The notes under the pieces: model-generated | What the model saw: the letters and a program-made list of their open reading frames with translations, nothing else | Told to the model about the DNA's origin: nothing | Database searches by the model: none | Position numbers and translations under genes: made by a program | NCBI RefSeq assembly: GCF_002105155.1 | Contig: NW_019029018.1 | Coordinates: 372,001-401,939, forward strand | Direction of reading: 5' to 3' | Source of the DNA: Lobosporangium transversale | Taxonomy: Eukaryota | DNA: 29,939 bases | In this document: piece after piece, positions 1 to 10,631 of the stretch | How positions within the stretch are numbered: position 1 is the stretch's first letter | How the letters are laid out: every line of letters begins with the position of its first letter

Positions 1-690
1 CCTATGAAGGCGTGATAGCCATTTGAGTTGTAAACTATGAAGATTTGTTAAATCTGGAATAGGACAATTTGGACTGTCTTCATGTTGCTCAGTTCTATGG
101 CGCGAACAAGGGTGGGTTTCATGCCGCGTGGGTATTGAAAGCAATTTATCGGTAATGCTTTCCCGAGGCCTTTCAAGTTAGAGTTGAAATGTCGGTAGAC
201 TTGACGATTTTAGTACATGTTCAAACGCCTCAAGGTCAGTTCTAGCTCAATCCCAGTTGAATGCGGTATCCGACCCGTAAACACACTTCACATTGGCCAG
301 CACCCCAATGAATCCTTCAGCTCTGTTTCTGAATCTCAAAGTGATAACTATTTTACCGAGATGCGTTATATTTGTCTCCATTCGTCACCACTGCATCTTT
401 AAAGGCTTTCTTTCTTTCTTTTTTTTCCTCGATATCTCGGGCGATAGTGTTCAAAACAAATCCATTTGACATGGCCTGCCTCGGCCGTGTTCTGTACAAG
501 TTGCCGAGTTTTCTATTTTCATCGTTGGTTAAGGAACGTGCTCAGCAGTTGAAGATCAGCTCCTTCAAGTGCCCCTTAGTTATCGATTGTGTTGATGCTG
601 TTCAACACTGAATTTCCCTTAGAGAGCGCTTCCATATATTTGATTGAATAATCGATACCAGCACCAAGACCTGAGGCTGGTATTTTTACC
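1..690 (-). pseudogene. Decayed paralog of the adjacent LRR gene (middle-domain fragment; continues off the left edge)
   Basis: Collinear nucleotide similarity to ~2815-3495, e.g. 441 gcgatagtgttcaaaacaaatccatttgacatggcctg vs 3248 acgatagtgttcaaaacaaacccatttaacatggcctg. Minus strand reads GIDYSIKYMEALS...IDN*GALEGADLQLLSTFL...LGNLYR...GHVKWICFEHY, with an in-frame TAA (576-578) and frameshifts. Confidence 0.85.
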
Positions 691-1372
691 CTGTAGTTTC
701 GGTAGATGAGATGAAGAATTCCCTCATTCACAGCTGATGTATCACCCACTTTTTTTTTTTTTTTTTTTTTTAAGAGTCGCTAACATGGGTATCCTGTTGA
801 GATGACGGTTCGATCATTATCCTAGTCAGGGACCTTTATGTGGCTTAGATTCCCCTGGATGATGAGCCTCTCCAACTCTAAACTAGGATAGACATGTCTA
901 TTTTGTTAAATAGCAGCTTCTGTTCCAACAAACATGACAACTCACTTCGTTTTGCAATGACCCTTTCGTTTCTCTCCTCACTTTGATTCGGTCCAGCTGA
1001 GCAGAGGAGGCTTGCCAATGGAGTTACATAGTTAACTACAATTCTCCTTATCAGATAGAGGAGCCATCAAAACTTATTTGGTTACGTTGCGCTTGAAGAG
1101 AGGCTCACGCGAGTACTTCGCTAGATTTAGATCTGTGTGGTTGAGAAACAGTGAGCCAAAAGGCACAGGGAAAATTAAGCAAGGATTTACAAGCATGGTA
1201 CATGTAACAGCGGTTTTTATGATTACATCTTTATTAATTATATTAATGATACCCTTGTATAGAGGTTTCTATATACTACAGTAGTTGTTATTTGAACAAA
1301 GCTTCGTATCTGAGCTACTCAGTTTAATAAGTCGAGTAGCCAGGGCTTTTTAGTAATTGATTAAGGGTATAC

Positions 1373-4300
1373 TCATTTATGAAGGAGCAAAGCCTTATTA
1401 ATCTTAAGTGCTTCTGATAGTGCCAGAGCGCCTTCCTTTCCAATCCTGTTGCTCTCCAATTCCAAAATGGCCAAGGTTGTGTTAGCCCTGAGTGCCTCTG
1501 ACAGCGCAAGAGCTCCTTCATTTCCAACTGCATTGCTCCTCAATTTCAGGATAGTCAAGGCTGTGTTAGTCTTGAGCGCCTCTGACAGCGCAAGAGCTCC
1601 TGCATCCCCAATTTCGTTGAAACACAAATCCAAGTTGATCAGAGTCGTGTTAAGTTTGAGTGCTTCTGACAATGCCTGAGCTCCCTCATTCCCAATCGCG
1701 TTGTAATACAAGACCAAAGTGGTCAACGTCGTGTTGGTCTTGAGTGCCTCTGACAGTGCCTGAGCTCCTTCATCTCCAACTGCGTTACCCCACAAGTTCA
1801 AGCTTGTCAAAGTAGGACTAGTCTTGAGTGCTTCTGACAATGCTAGAGTTCCTTCCTTCCCAATTGCGTTGAACCCCAATCCCAAAGCGGTCAGGGCTGT
1901 GTTAGCTCTGAGTGCTTCTGACAGTGCCTGAGTTCCTTCATCTCCTATTAAGTTCCACCTCAGATTCAGAGTAGTCAAGGCCGTGTTAGCCTTAAGCGCC
2001 TCCGACAAGGCAAGGACTCCTGGATCTCCAATCAAATTCTGCTCCAAGTCCAACGTGGTCAATGTCGTATTAGTCTTGAGTGCTTCGGACAGCGCCAGAG
2101 TTCCCTCGTTTTCAATTGAATTCTTCTTCATTTCCAAAATATTCAAAGCTGTGTTAATCTTGAGTGCCTCTGACAGTGCTAGAGCCCCTTCTGGCCCAAT
2201 TGAGTTGTGCTGTAATTTCAAAATGGTCAAGGTTGTATTGACTTTGAGTGCCTCCGACAGTCCCAGGGCTCCTTCCTTTCCAATTGAGTTGGCCTCCAAG
2301 TTCAAGGTCGTCAGTGTCGTATTAGTCTTAAGCGCCTCTGACAGTGCAACGACTCCTTCTTTTCCCATTGAATTTTCCTTCATTTCCAAAGTGACCAAAG
2401 CTTTGTTAACCTTGAGTGCCTCTGACAGCGCTAGAGCCCCATCCTTCCCAATTGAGCTGCCATTCAGGCTCAAAGTGGACAAAGCAGTGTTGACCTTGAG
2501 CGCCTCTGACAGTGCCACAGCTCCTTCGTCTCCAATTATGTTGTGCTCTAAGTTCAAAGTGGTCAAAGCCATGTTGACTTTGAGTGCCTCTGACAGCGCA
2601 AGAGCCCCTTTACTCCCAATTGTAGTCTTTCTCAAGCTTAAAGTGGTTAAAGTCGTGTTAGCCTTGAGCGCCTCGGATAGTGCCAGGGCTCCTTCGTTCC
2701 GGACCGAACTGCCATCCAGATCCAAAGTGATCAAATTGGTGTTGGTCTTGAGTGAATTTACAAGTACACGGAATTCACTAGTCCCAATCTTTTGAGGCTT
2801 CATCTCAAGGGACAGCTTATGGAGGTGTGATGATTTTTTGGGCTGTAAACTAGAAAGCTTTATGAGGTCCGGGGATAAAACGATGTGGATGACCTTCATG
2901 TTGCTCAATTCCATGATACGAACAAGGATTTCATATCGTGTGGATGTTGAAAGTATTTTCTTGGTTATACTTTCTTGAGACTTTCCGAGGTCAAGCCGAA
3001 GAATTGATACATTTGAGGTCTTTAGTGCCTCCTCAAGCTCCACAAGATCAGTCTTGGTCCAATCCCAGTCGAATGTGATATCCAACTCGTATGCACGTCT
3101 TGCATTTGCCAGTACATCGAAGAACTCTTCAGCTCTGGTTCTGGACCTCAGTATGACAGTTGCTTTACCAAGATGCGAGTTGTATTTGCCTCCATTCATC
3201 TCCACTGCATTTGCATACACTTTCTGCTCTACTTCTTTATACATTGAACGATAGTGTTCAAAACAAACCCATTTAACATGGCCTGTTTCGGTCGTGATCC
3301 TGTACAAGTTGCCTAGCTGCTTGTTTTCTTTGTTGATTTGAAGGAATGTGCCCAGTTGTTGGAGATCAGGTCCTTCGAGTCCTTCATAGTCGTCGATTGC
3401 GTTTATATTGTTCAAGGCTAGATATTCAGTAGAGAGTGCCTTCATATAGTCGATTGAATAGTTGATACCGGCATCGACCAGATTTGAGGCTGGTGTTAGA
3501 GAAGCAGCTGAGTATGTTCTCATTCCCAGCTTAAGCCATTGTAAAAGGATGAGTATGTACTTTCCATATTTGTGAAAGAGCTCTCTGCTGTCTTGAATTT
3601 CATACCCGTCATGTTTGGCAATATGGATTTGGTTATGGCTGCTCTTGCTTGTGTTTACAGTGTGTTCACCGCATTCACAGAGGAAATGAAGACGGAACTT
3701 GTTCCTCAAAACATTCATTGGATCCCACTTGGCAGCGTCGACAGGTAAAATTATAAAGAGTCGAGGGATTGGGTACTCATGAAGTTCAAAGTTCTGGGTA
3801 AGGATAGCATTAGCATGCTTTTGAAGGGTAGCAATTGTGTCAAGAGCCTGATGTTGCAAACTAATGATCATTTCATCCTTCTCTCTAGCCTCCAATTGCA
3901 GTTTAAGCATTTCCGCTTGCAGTTCAAAAATCACCGATTGCAGTTTAAGCATTTCGTCACCCCTCCCTTTGACCTCTTGTAGCAACTCCATAGCCTTTTC
4001 AAGGCTAGGACTTATCATTTCGCTTTGTCCATTATTGCAGGTAGCGAGAGAAGAGTTGGAAGATTGAGCCGGACTTGATAGTGGTAAAAGGTCTTGAGAG
4101 GAGGATAGATTTGTTGAATTTCTTGATGTGATGATGGCGCTGTTGTTGTTATTGCTGTTGCTGCTGCAGCTGCAGATCTGTGGTACTTCCGCAATAACAT
4201 CTAAGATCTTGTCAGGGTAGAATGCAATGCGTGGAGGTTCGATTCTAACAGAACAAAAGAAAAAAGAATATGTCAATTGAGTTCACCCATTTTCTCTTAA

Positions 4301-4553
4301 TAAAAGCAATTGAAAAAGGCGTCACGGTAAATTATACAACATACTTGTTGCCATCAACGTCTAAAAGGAATGGAATGGGATGTCCATCCAGTTTGAATCG
4401 CGCTGCATCCGGAAAGACCTCTCGAATGTCTTGTAACCACAGACAATACGCCGAGCCGCCATTGCTTGTAGAGACGGAATTAGTTCTGACACAAACTTTT
4501 TCAATACTGTCGTTGTCGACCTTTCGGAATTGTTGGTATTTTTGTTCTGTCAT
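1373..4553 (-). CDS. ~1026-aa LRR protein: N-terminal header domain, coiled coil, Cys/His-containing middle domain and ~16 RI/NLRC3-type 28-aa LRRs; join(4553..4345,4244..1373)
   Basis: Joins ORFs 4332..4640 and 1373..4276 through a 100-nt intron 4344..4245 (AA|gtatgt...ttctgttag|A), giving DGNK-IEPPRIAFYPDK in frame (3081 nt). Start taken as the ATG at 4553 (MTEQKYQQFR). C-terminal repeats read GALALSEALKxNxxLxxLxLxxNxIG. Confidence 0.9.
1385..2780 (-). repeat. 84-bp tandem coding repeat array (LRR units)
   Basis: The motif ttgag(t/c)gcctctgacag recurs every 84 nt on the + strand; about 16 full units plus one partial. Confidence 0.92.
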
Positions 4554-6005
4554 TTCAATGGATGAAGAGAGGATGAGAAGATTAGAGGATGAGAGAATGA
4601 GAAGATGAGGGATTTCTTCATTTCCAACGGTTGTATACACTAACCTCTTTTTTTTTCCCCTTCTTCTTCCCGACTTTGCCCCTTGGAGTTTGAAGTGAAA
4701 AGAGTTAGAAAATACCGTTACTAGACCCGTCTATAAATGTCTTTCTTTTGACCCCTGCATCTTGCTTGCCTTAACGTGCTTATTGCATGCATGTACATGT
4801 GCATACCTCAGCTTGGTGTGTTTAAGCTACATTTACTGGTCGTATTTTCACCTAAGGGCACTGTTTACTAGTCTTTCGGATGAATATTGCATTGATTACA
4901 ACTAGACATGATATATACATGTACCTTGTTGCCTCCTCTCCCCATAGTGGAAGCTATAGTTGGGGAAATAACTAGGGAGCTGAACATCTTGAGTAAATAA
5001 TAAAGCCATAACCGTATCAGTATCCTGCACTTGAGAGATCAATTTGTAGTGTGTAGTCCCCGTCAGAGACAGCTGGAGAAATATTGTTCGACTATCCATT
5101 TCTGCTATATAATGTAAATGTAGTTGAAAGGAGGAGTTGTAAAGCTTTTCGATACACCGGGACTTAGAAGGGTTTTTGTCAGATCTGAACTAATCATGAT
5201 GATTTTCACTTGCATTTGTACCGTTGGTCTAGAGCACATGTCCCAGGATATTTTTGAATTAGGGTTCACCATAACGCTGGAACAATACACCAGCGGAAAA
5301 TACATCGTACCAGCCAAGTTGATCATCGAAAATAATAATAATGGCAATAGCAGTATCTAGACGGGCGACCCGTGGCTTCACTGATGGCTGCACTAGTCCA
5401 ATGTTCTATCTTATGGGCTCGTTTATCTCGTTGAGGGAACCATCTCGAATAGAGTTGCTGTAAACGATAGTTACAAACATAACGAAATAAGTTGTGAATA
5501 GACCCAGATAACTCTCCTGTCCACCATGGTCATCTTAGTCTTTGAACTTCTGGCTCGTGTATCAGCTCGTTTGTCTATTCTCTTTTCTTTCCCTCTCTAT
5601 TTTCTTTCTTTTTTTCTCCTGTTGCGTTTTCCATAATTTGCGATGTCAGGAAAAATGCACTTATTAGCTCAATTAGCCAGGAGATTGGGCGAAGTTCAAG
5701 GAAATCTGATTGTCTCTTTCTCGTAGCAGAGAGAGAGCACTAGCTCTCGATGCTGTTACCAGCCGCTATCTCTTCACGGAGATTTTCCATCCTACGGGTG
5801 ATACTCTTGGATGCTTTATCAGCATATAAATATTTCGATGATTGATTTTTCCCTTTTCTTCATTTTATTATTTATTCTAAGCAAGTGTTCATATAAAAAA
5901 TTACCTGGACCATAAGCGCAACTTTTGGTTTTTGGTGTGAAGCTCAATACATAATTTGAATGCATTCACGAGGGGCGCTTGATCTATAAGCATATCGGCC
6001 CAATC

Positions 6006-6308
6006 CATTGCATCGGAATCCTGAAGTCTCGATGGGGTTCTTTACGGGAAATGAGGCATCAACTTTGAATTGAGGCAGATATGCGGATGCTAGTTCGATG
6101 GGTAATGGGATGCTGTGTACTCCATAACATGCTCGTAAGTCTCACAGATACGTGGGGGGAAATGTACTTGGAGAACATTTTCGAAGAAGGTGATCCAGCA
6201 CCCCATCAGGAAGAAATAGAGAAGAGTACCCATAATTTCAGAGAGGATTTGAAGAAAATCACTTTGAAAATCAATTATGCAAAGGGATTATTACCTTTGC
6301 AAAATTAA
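6006..6308 (+). pseudogene. 5'-truncated Harbinger (DDE_Tnp_4-type) transposase C-terminus
   Basis: Reads HCIGILKSRWGSLREMRHQL*IEADMRMLVRWVMGCCVLHNML, matching the family (E)xxIGxLKxRW...CCxLHN motif. In-frame TGA at 6066-6068; upstream catalytic region not recognisable. Confidence 0.85.
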
Positions 6309-6330
6309 AGATCAAATTAAAGATGACAAA

Positions 6331-7765
6331 TTAATGAAGCAAATTTATTAATGACTGAATCTGCACGATGGACATGCCTTTTTCAATCCCTGCCTGCATC
6401 AACTGCATAGTCTGTAATTTGATCTCTTTCTCCATCCTTTGTTTTTCAAGCTGATCCTGTTTCTCCATCTTTTGCTTCTCTCGCTCATCCTCTTTCTCCA
6501 TCCTTTGTTTTTCAAGTTCAAGTTTCTGGATTTGTCTTTCCAATTTTTGTTTCTCGAGCGTCATTTGCTCTCTAATCTTCATTTCCTCCAGCTCCAGCCT
6601 CTTCAATTCTAGATTTTCTTTGGCTTTAGATGAAAAATATTAGAATACATATCAATTGTATACGTTGATTATAAAAAATAAAATTGCCTCAACTGATTGT
6701 TTAGGCCTTACCACTAAGTTTTCTGTTGTTGAGAAGCTCAAAAGCTGAGTGGAATGATTTCCTTGGCATCTTCGAAGAACCACTCGGATTTAGTGATGGT
6801 CCTTTTCTGCGTTCTTCTATTCCTTGGGACCACTTCCTGGAGATCGGAGACTGCAATGATTCAATACCGGGCAATTTCCGCTTCCGTTTACTATGCAGCA
6901 CAGGCGATGAGGTGGAAGAGATGGAAAGGTCACTTATGTCGTCTATATCAGAATCCTTGTTGTTGTCATCATTGAGGTCAATGCCCTCTCCTTTTGTTCC
7001 CAAGTCAGAATCAATGCCAGTACTAGAGTTATCATAAAGGCTATCATCAAAGGTGGTATGAACTAGGGTGGTATCTCCAAGAAACTGGCCATCCTCAGTC
7101 GCTTCTTGATTTCCAATCGGTTTGTTGAAACCTACAGCCTCCTCCTCCTCCTTCCCCTCTTCCTCTTCGACGATCAATCGATGACGTGAAACCTTTTCGA
7201 TGGCTTCCCTGCCACTTCCTGAACCATTTTGCAATCCGGTGGTTAATTTGAACAGAGGAGTGATATTTAACCTATGACCAAAGAGAGCATCCATTCTCGC
7301 GTAGCAGATGCACATCTTTTCGAGCTTCTGCTTAGTTGTGTAGATCCCTTTTTTGTGATCCTCGTCAGTCACACCAAATCCTGTCTGGTTTTCCAACTTT
7401 TTAGTTTCTGTAAAAAGCTTAAGATGTCGATGGAAACGCTCGCGCATAGATTTGGTGTTTAGTGAGAGTCTACCTTTGTTTTGCTTCGACACAACTTGTG
7501 CCAAAGTTGCCCAGCCTTGACTGGAGGCCTGTCGAGGCATGCCGAGAACTGTTTGAGCTTCAGAACCAAAAACTGACTTGAAATTTGGGGGACGCTCTAA
7601 CCATGTCAGAATGTTCTCGATATCCTGCTTTGTGAAGCGTTCTTTGGATGCCTTTGCAGTCGAAGTCGACGCTTTGAAAGAGGAATCCGTTGCAGCAAAA
7701 ACTTGGCCAGGTTGCTCACCATACTGTGACAAAGTGAGTGACTGCGAGATTTCAGATTGCTTCAT
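6331..7765 (-). CDS. Harbinger-associated Myb/SANT-like DNA-binding protein with C-terminal coiled coil, ~448 aa; join(7765..6712,6623..6331)
   Basis: N-terminal ILTWLE...W..LA...TGFGVTDED...KLEKMC..Y..MDALFG.R.NITP resembles the Harbinger second ORF. Donor G|gtaagg at 6711 with in-frame acceptors at 6624 or 6609 links ORF 6701..7765 to the E/K/Q-rich ORF 6331..6606. Confidence 0.75.
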
Positions 7766-7919
7766 GATGTACGAATGTGTGAGTGATTGTAATTGTGTGC
7801 GCGATTATGTGTGTGTGTGATCGTGTGGTTATGTGTATGTGCAATTGTGTGATTGTGTAAGTGAGAAAGGTCAGAAGAGTGAAATGTACCAAGGGACATT
7901 CAGGAGTCGCAATGCGTGT

Positions 7920-8022
7920 CTATGGCCTATTTGGTGGCTGTCTTTTTGCCTATTTATTTGGCCTATTTATTTGGCCAATGTTCCAAATTTCTTTGATCAG
8001 TTAAATTGGTTAAATTGGCTAA
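7920..8022. repeat. Short subterminal-type repeats ((TG)GCCTATTT x3; TTAAATTGG x2)
   Basis: Seen directly upstream of the Myb-like ORF near the putative element end. Confidence 0.55.
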
Positions 8023-8778
8023 TTTTTTTTGTGTACAACAAGTAAATCACAATCTTGTGTCCATGGGCGCTGATATGAATCTACTCAAAGGTTCACCTCT
8101 ATTCGCGAGGACAAAATTTCTATTGGCTTCACGGATCCATCCCTAGGCATTCTTGCGTCAATTTTGAGAATACAGTATCAAAGAAATCACGAACCAGATC
8201 CACTATCATGAGCGATATAAGCGCTGCACCATATAGACCCATATAGCGTATACGATGATTCAAATTACCACTCACGTGGGGCAGACGAGATCTTACAGTA
8301 CATAAGATATCGTCTGTCCAGAAATAAAGAACCCTCTCTTTGTCCTATTGAACTTTAGTTCCATATTACATAGTAAGTTATATCAATTAGGTTAAAACAT
8401 TGCAAGCGCCAATCCAGGGGGAAATCACTTGAACCACGAAAGAAAACTTTCTGTATCCCACAAGCTATCAATTAATGAGGGAGCCCAGCGCAACGGCTGT
8501 AAAGTATCCGTATAGCTTGAAAGGCGAAGACCGCTCTAAATCTGTGTACATCTGGACAAGAAAATTAAACTGTCCAAACTTCGCAGTGCTAAATCATATC
8601 AAACGGAACCCTCTATAATTGACTGATGTCTAACTGAGCCTCGAGCACATGCGACTACTTTCAATCAAGCATCACAAGTTTACTGCGAGCCAATTCACCA
8701 TGCTCACTACAAAGTGTCATCACCACCTAAAAAAGAAAGAAGAAAAGATAATCTCAACTCCATTCCATCCCTTTTTGC

Positions 8779-10092
8779 ATGATGGACAACCTCAAATTAA
8801 ATCCAAAAATCATTTTGATTATTGGTGGCTTCCTAAACCGGAAGGACCTTCTACGTTGTATTCGTGTCTCCAAGACCTTTCACGATACTCTTGTCGGATT
8901 CATTTGGAAAAAAGTCCTCGTTTGCCATCGCACAAGACATTTTACTAAGGAAATGGTGGAGGAATATAAGAAATATATTGAAGAGCTTGGGTTTCTTCAT
9001 AGGTTTCCCGACGTATATATATCATTGAAAGGGCTTGATCGCCTCAAACACATCAGTTATATTATGGGAGAATATTATGACCTGTCCTATCTTTCCTATC
9101 TTCCCGATCTCATCAAGGCTCACGGATCCACAATTACGAAGCTATCATTTAAGCAATCGACTTTACGAGAGATATGGGAAGCAGCACTAGAATGCATCCA
9201 TCTTGAGGACCTAACCGTTTGTCGTATGAGACTAAGCAGTGATATCGTGGATTTATTTTTTCAAATCTGCAAGAAGATTAAGCGCTTGGATATGCAAAAT
9301 GTATATCTCGATGGGCTTCCTTCCAACTTCTTGAGCGACAACACGGACAAATTCATCTTCTCAAATGTGACCACACTAGCCCTTTGGGATGTCGATATAG
9401 ACCTGCCTCTATCGGAGACGTCAGAGTATTGCCTCAGCATGTTTATTAAGAGATGTCCGGGATTGCAGTCACTGCAACTTGATGGATATCAAAGCAATTT
9501 GTACGCGGCAGCATTCCTTCATCATTCCTTCACACTGACAAATCTATCAGAGCTATTTATTGACTGCCGCCGAGGCGAGGCATCAGTAGTGGATATCTAC
9601 GGTCCCATGTATTTAAACGACGGGGATCTGGCGGCACTTCTCAGACAGATGACTGAACTAAGGCAACTACGTGCTCCACATTGTGGTTTTGGCCCAGCTT
9701 CCCTTCGAGAATTGCTAGCAGAAGAGCAAGAGAGCCTGGAAGACGGACGTAAAGTACTAAAGAGAAGGAGTCAGAGGCTTTGCGATACAGTTGAGGTGCT
9801 GGACTTCAAAATATACAGCAAAAAGACTGAAGATGTTGCTGAATCGATCTTATCCAATTGTCCACGTCTGAAGAGTTTCTATGGATCTAGAGAGTTCTCC
9901 AGCACCCCATCCTACAGCCCATCCTACAGCCCATCCTACAGCCCATCCTACAGCCCATCCTACAGGCCAGCCACCCCGTCTTATGACCCATCCGACAGCC
10001 CAGTTAGCCCGTCTTATAGCCCACCCTATAACCCATCCTACAACGCAGCCAGTCCGTCTTTTAGCCCGACCAACCCGGTCTCTTCTCCATGA
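8779..10092 (+). CDS. F-box-like/RNI-LRR protein (437 aa) with a C-terminal YSPS-repeat tail
   Basis: Intronless ORF. Degenerate F-box at the N-terminus ([28 protein letters not shown]), LRR-like segments ([19 protein letters not shown]), paralogous to 10632-12193. Confidence 0.82.
   Translation: MMDNLKLNPKIILIIGGFLNRKDLLRCIRVSKTFHDTLVGFIWKKVLVCHRTRHFTKEMVEEYKKYIEELGFLHRFPDVYISLKGLDRLKHISYIMGEYYDLSYLSYLPDLIKAHGSTITKLSFKQSTLREIWEAALECIHLEDLTVCRMRLSSDIVDLFFQICKKIKRLDMQNVYLDGLPSNFLSDNTDKFIFSNVTTLALWDVDIDLPLSETSEYCLSMFIKRCPGLQSLQLDGYQSNLYAAAFLHHSFTLTNLSELFIDCRRGEASVVDIYGPMYLNDGDLAALLRQMTELRQLRAPHCGFGPASLRELLAEEQESLEDGRKVLKRRSQRLCDTVEVLDFKIYSKKTEDVAESILSNCPRLKSFYGSREFSSTPSYSPSYSPSYSPSYSPSYRPATPSYDPSDSPVSPSYSPPYNPSYNAASPSFSPTNPVSSP
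9906..9965 (+). repeat. 12-bp tandem repeat CCCATCCTACAG x5 (encodes PSYS)
   Basis: Five exact copies read directly. Confidence 0.95.
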
Positions 10093-10631
10093 TACCCCGG
10101 ATCATACATCATGATAAACAGTAAAGTTAAGTACTGGATCTAGTCGCTTCTAGTAAAAGCATGTCAAACTGCGTTGGGCCAGAGCCAGTTTTTGAAGAGT
10201 AGCGAGTTTACGCTGTAGCACACCTGTTTTAGAATATTCAGAAGTATTGAGTGAAACTAGATATCTATGCTGACGACTGAAATATGAAGTTTGCAAACCA
10301 GTAAAATTAATATGAAACAACGAAAGTCCTTTCAAATAGCATGGAAACTGTTGAATATATGCAATTTCCCATGAGGAATCCATTAATCGCTGGTGCTCAG
10401 CTGATAAAGACTTATTTTCATGAAGGAAAGTCGGTCAAGGGCTAAAAAAAAAAGTTCAGCACAAATTTGCAGGGCGCGGTAGAACATGGGGGCAAAGGGC
10501 GTGGCAGGAGCGAGTCAGTACGTTTGCAGTTCTATTCCACCATGACCACCTCTATCCACTACGAAATACCACCATCACTACTAAAAAAAAAGGAAGGACA
10601 ATCTTAACTCCATCCCATCATCTCTCATTGC

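Larger units (their letters stand above)
5880..8045. mobile_element. Defective PIF/Harbinger DNA transposon (left boundary uncertain)
   Basis: A transposase C-terminal fragment (+) converges on a Myb/SANT-like ORF (-), the typical two-gene Harbinger layout. Short subterminal repeats at ~7920-8020 end near a TAA at 8043-8045. Possible degenerate TIR pair 5886-5905 / 8018-8037 (16/20 match, AT-rich). Confidence 0.7.

Noticed and set aside
1449..2795. Plus-strand repetitive ORFs (LSASDSARAPS), 76 and 270 aa
   Set aside because: Antisense shadows of the LRR array.
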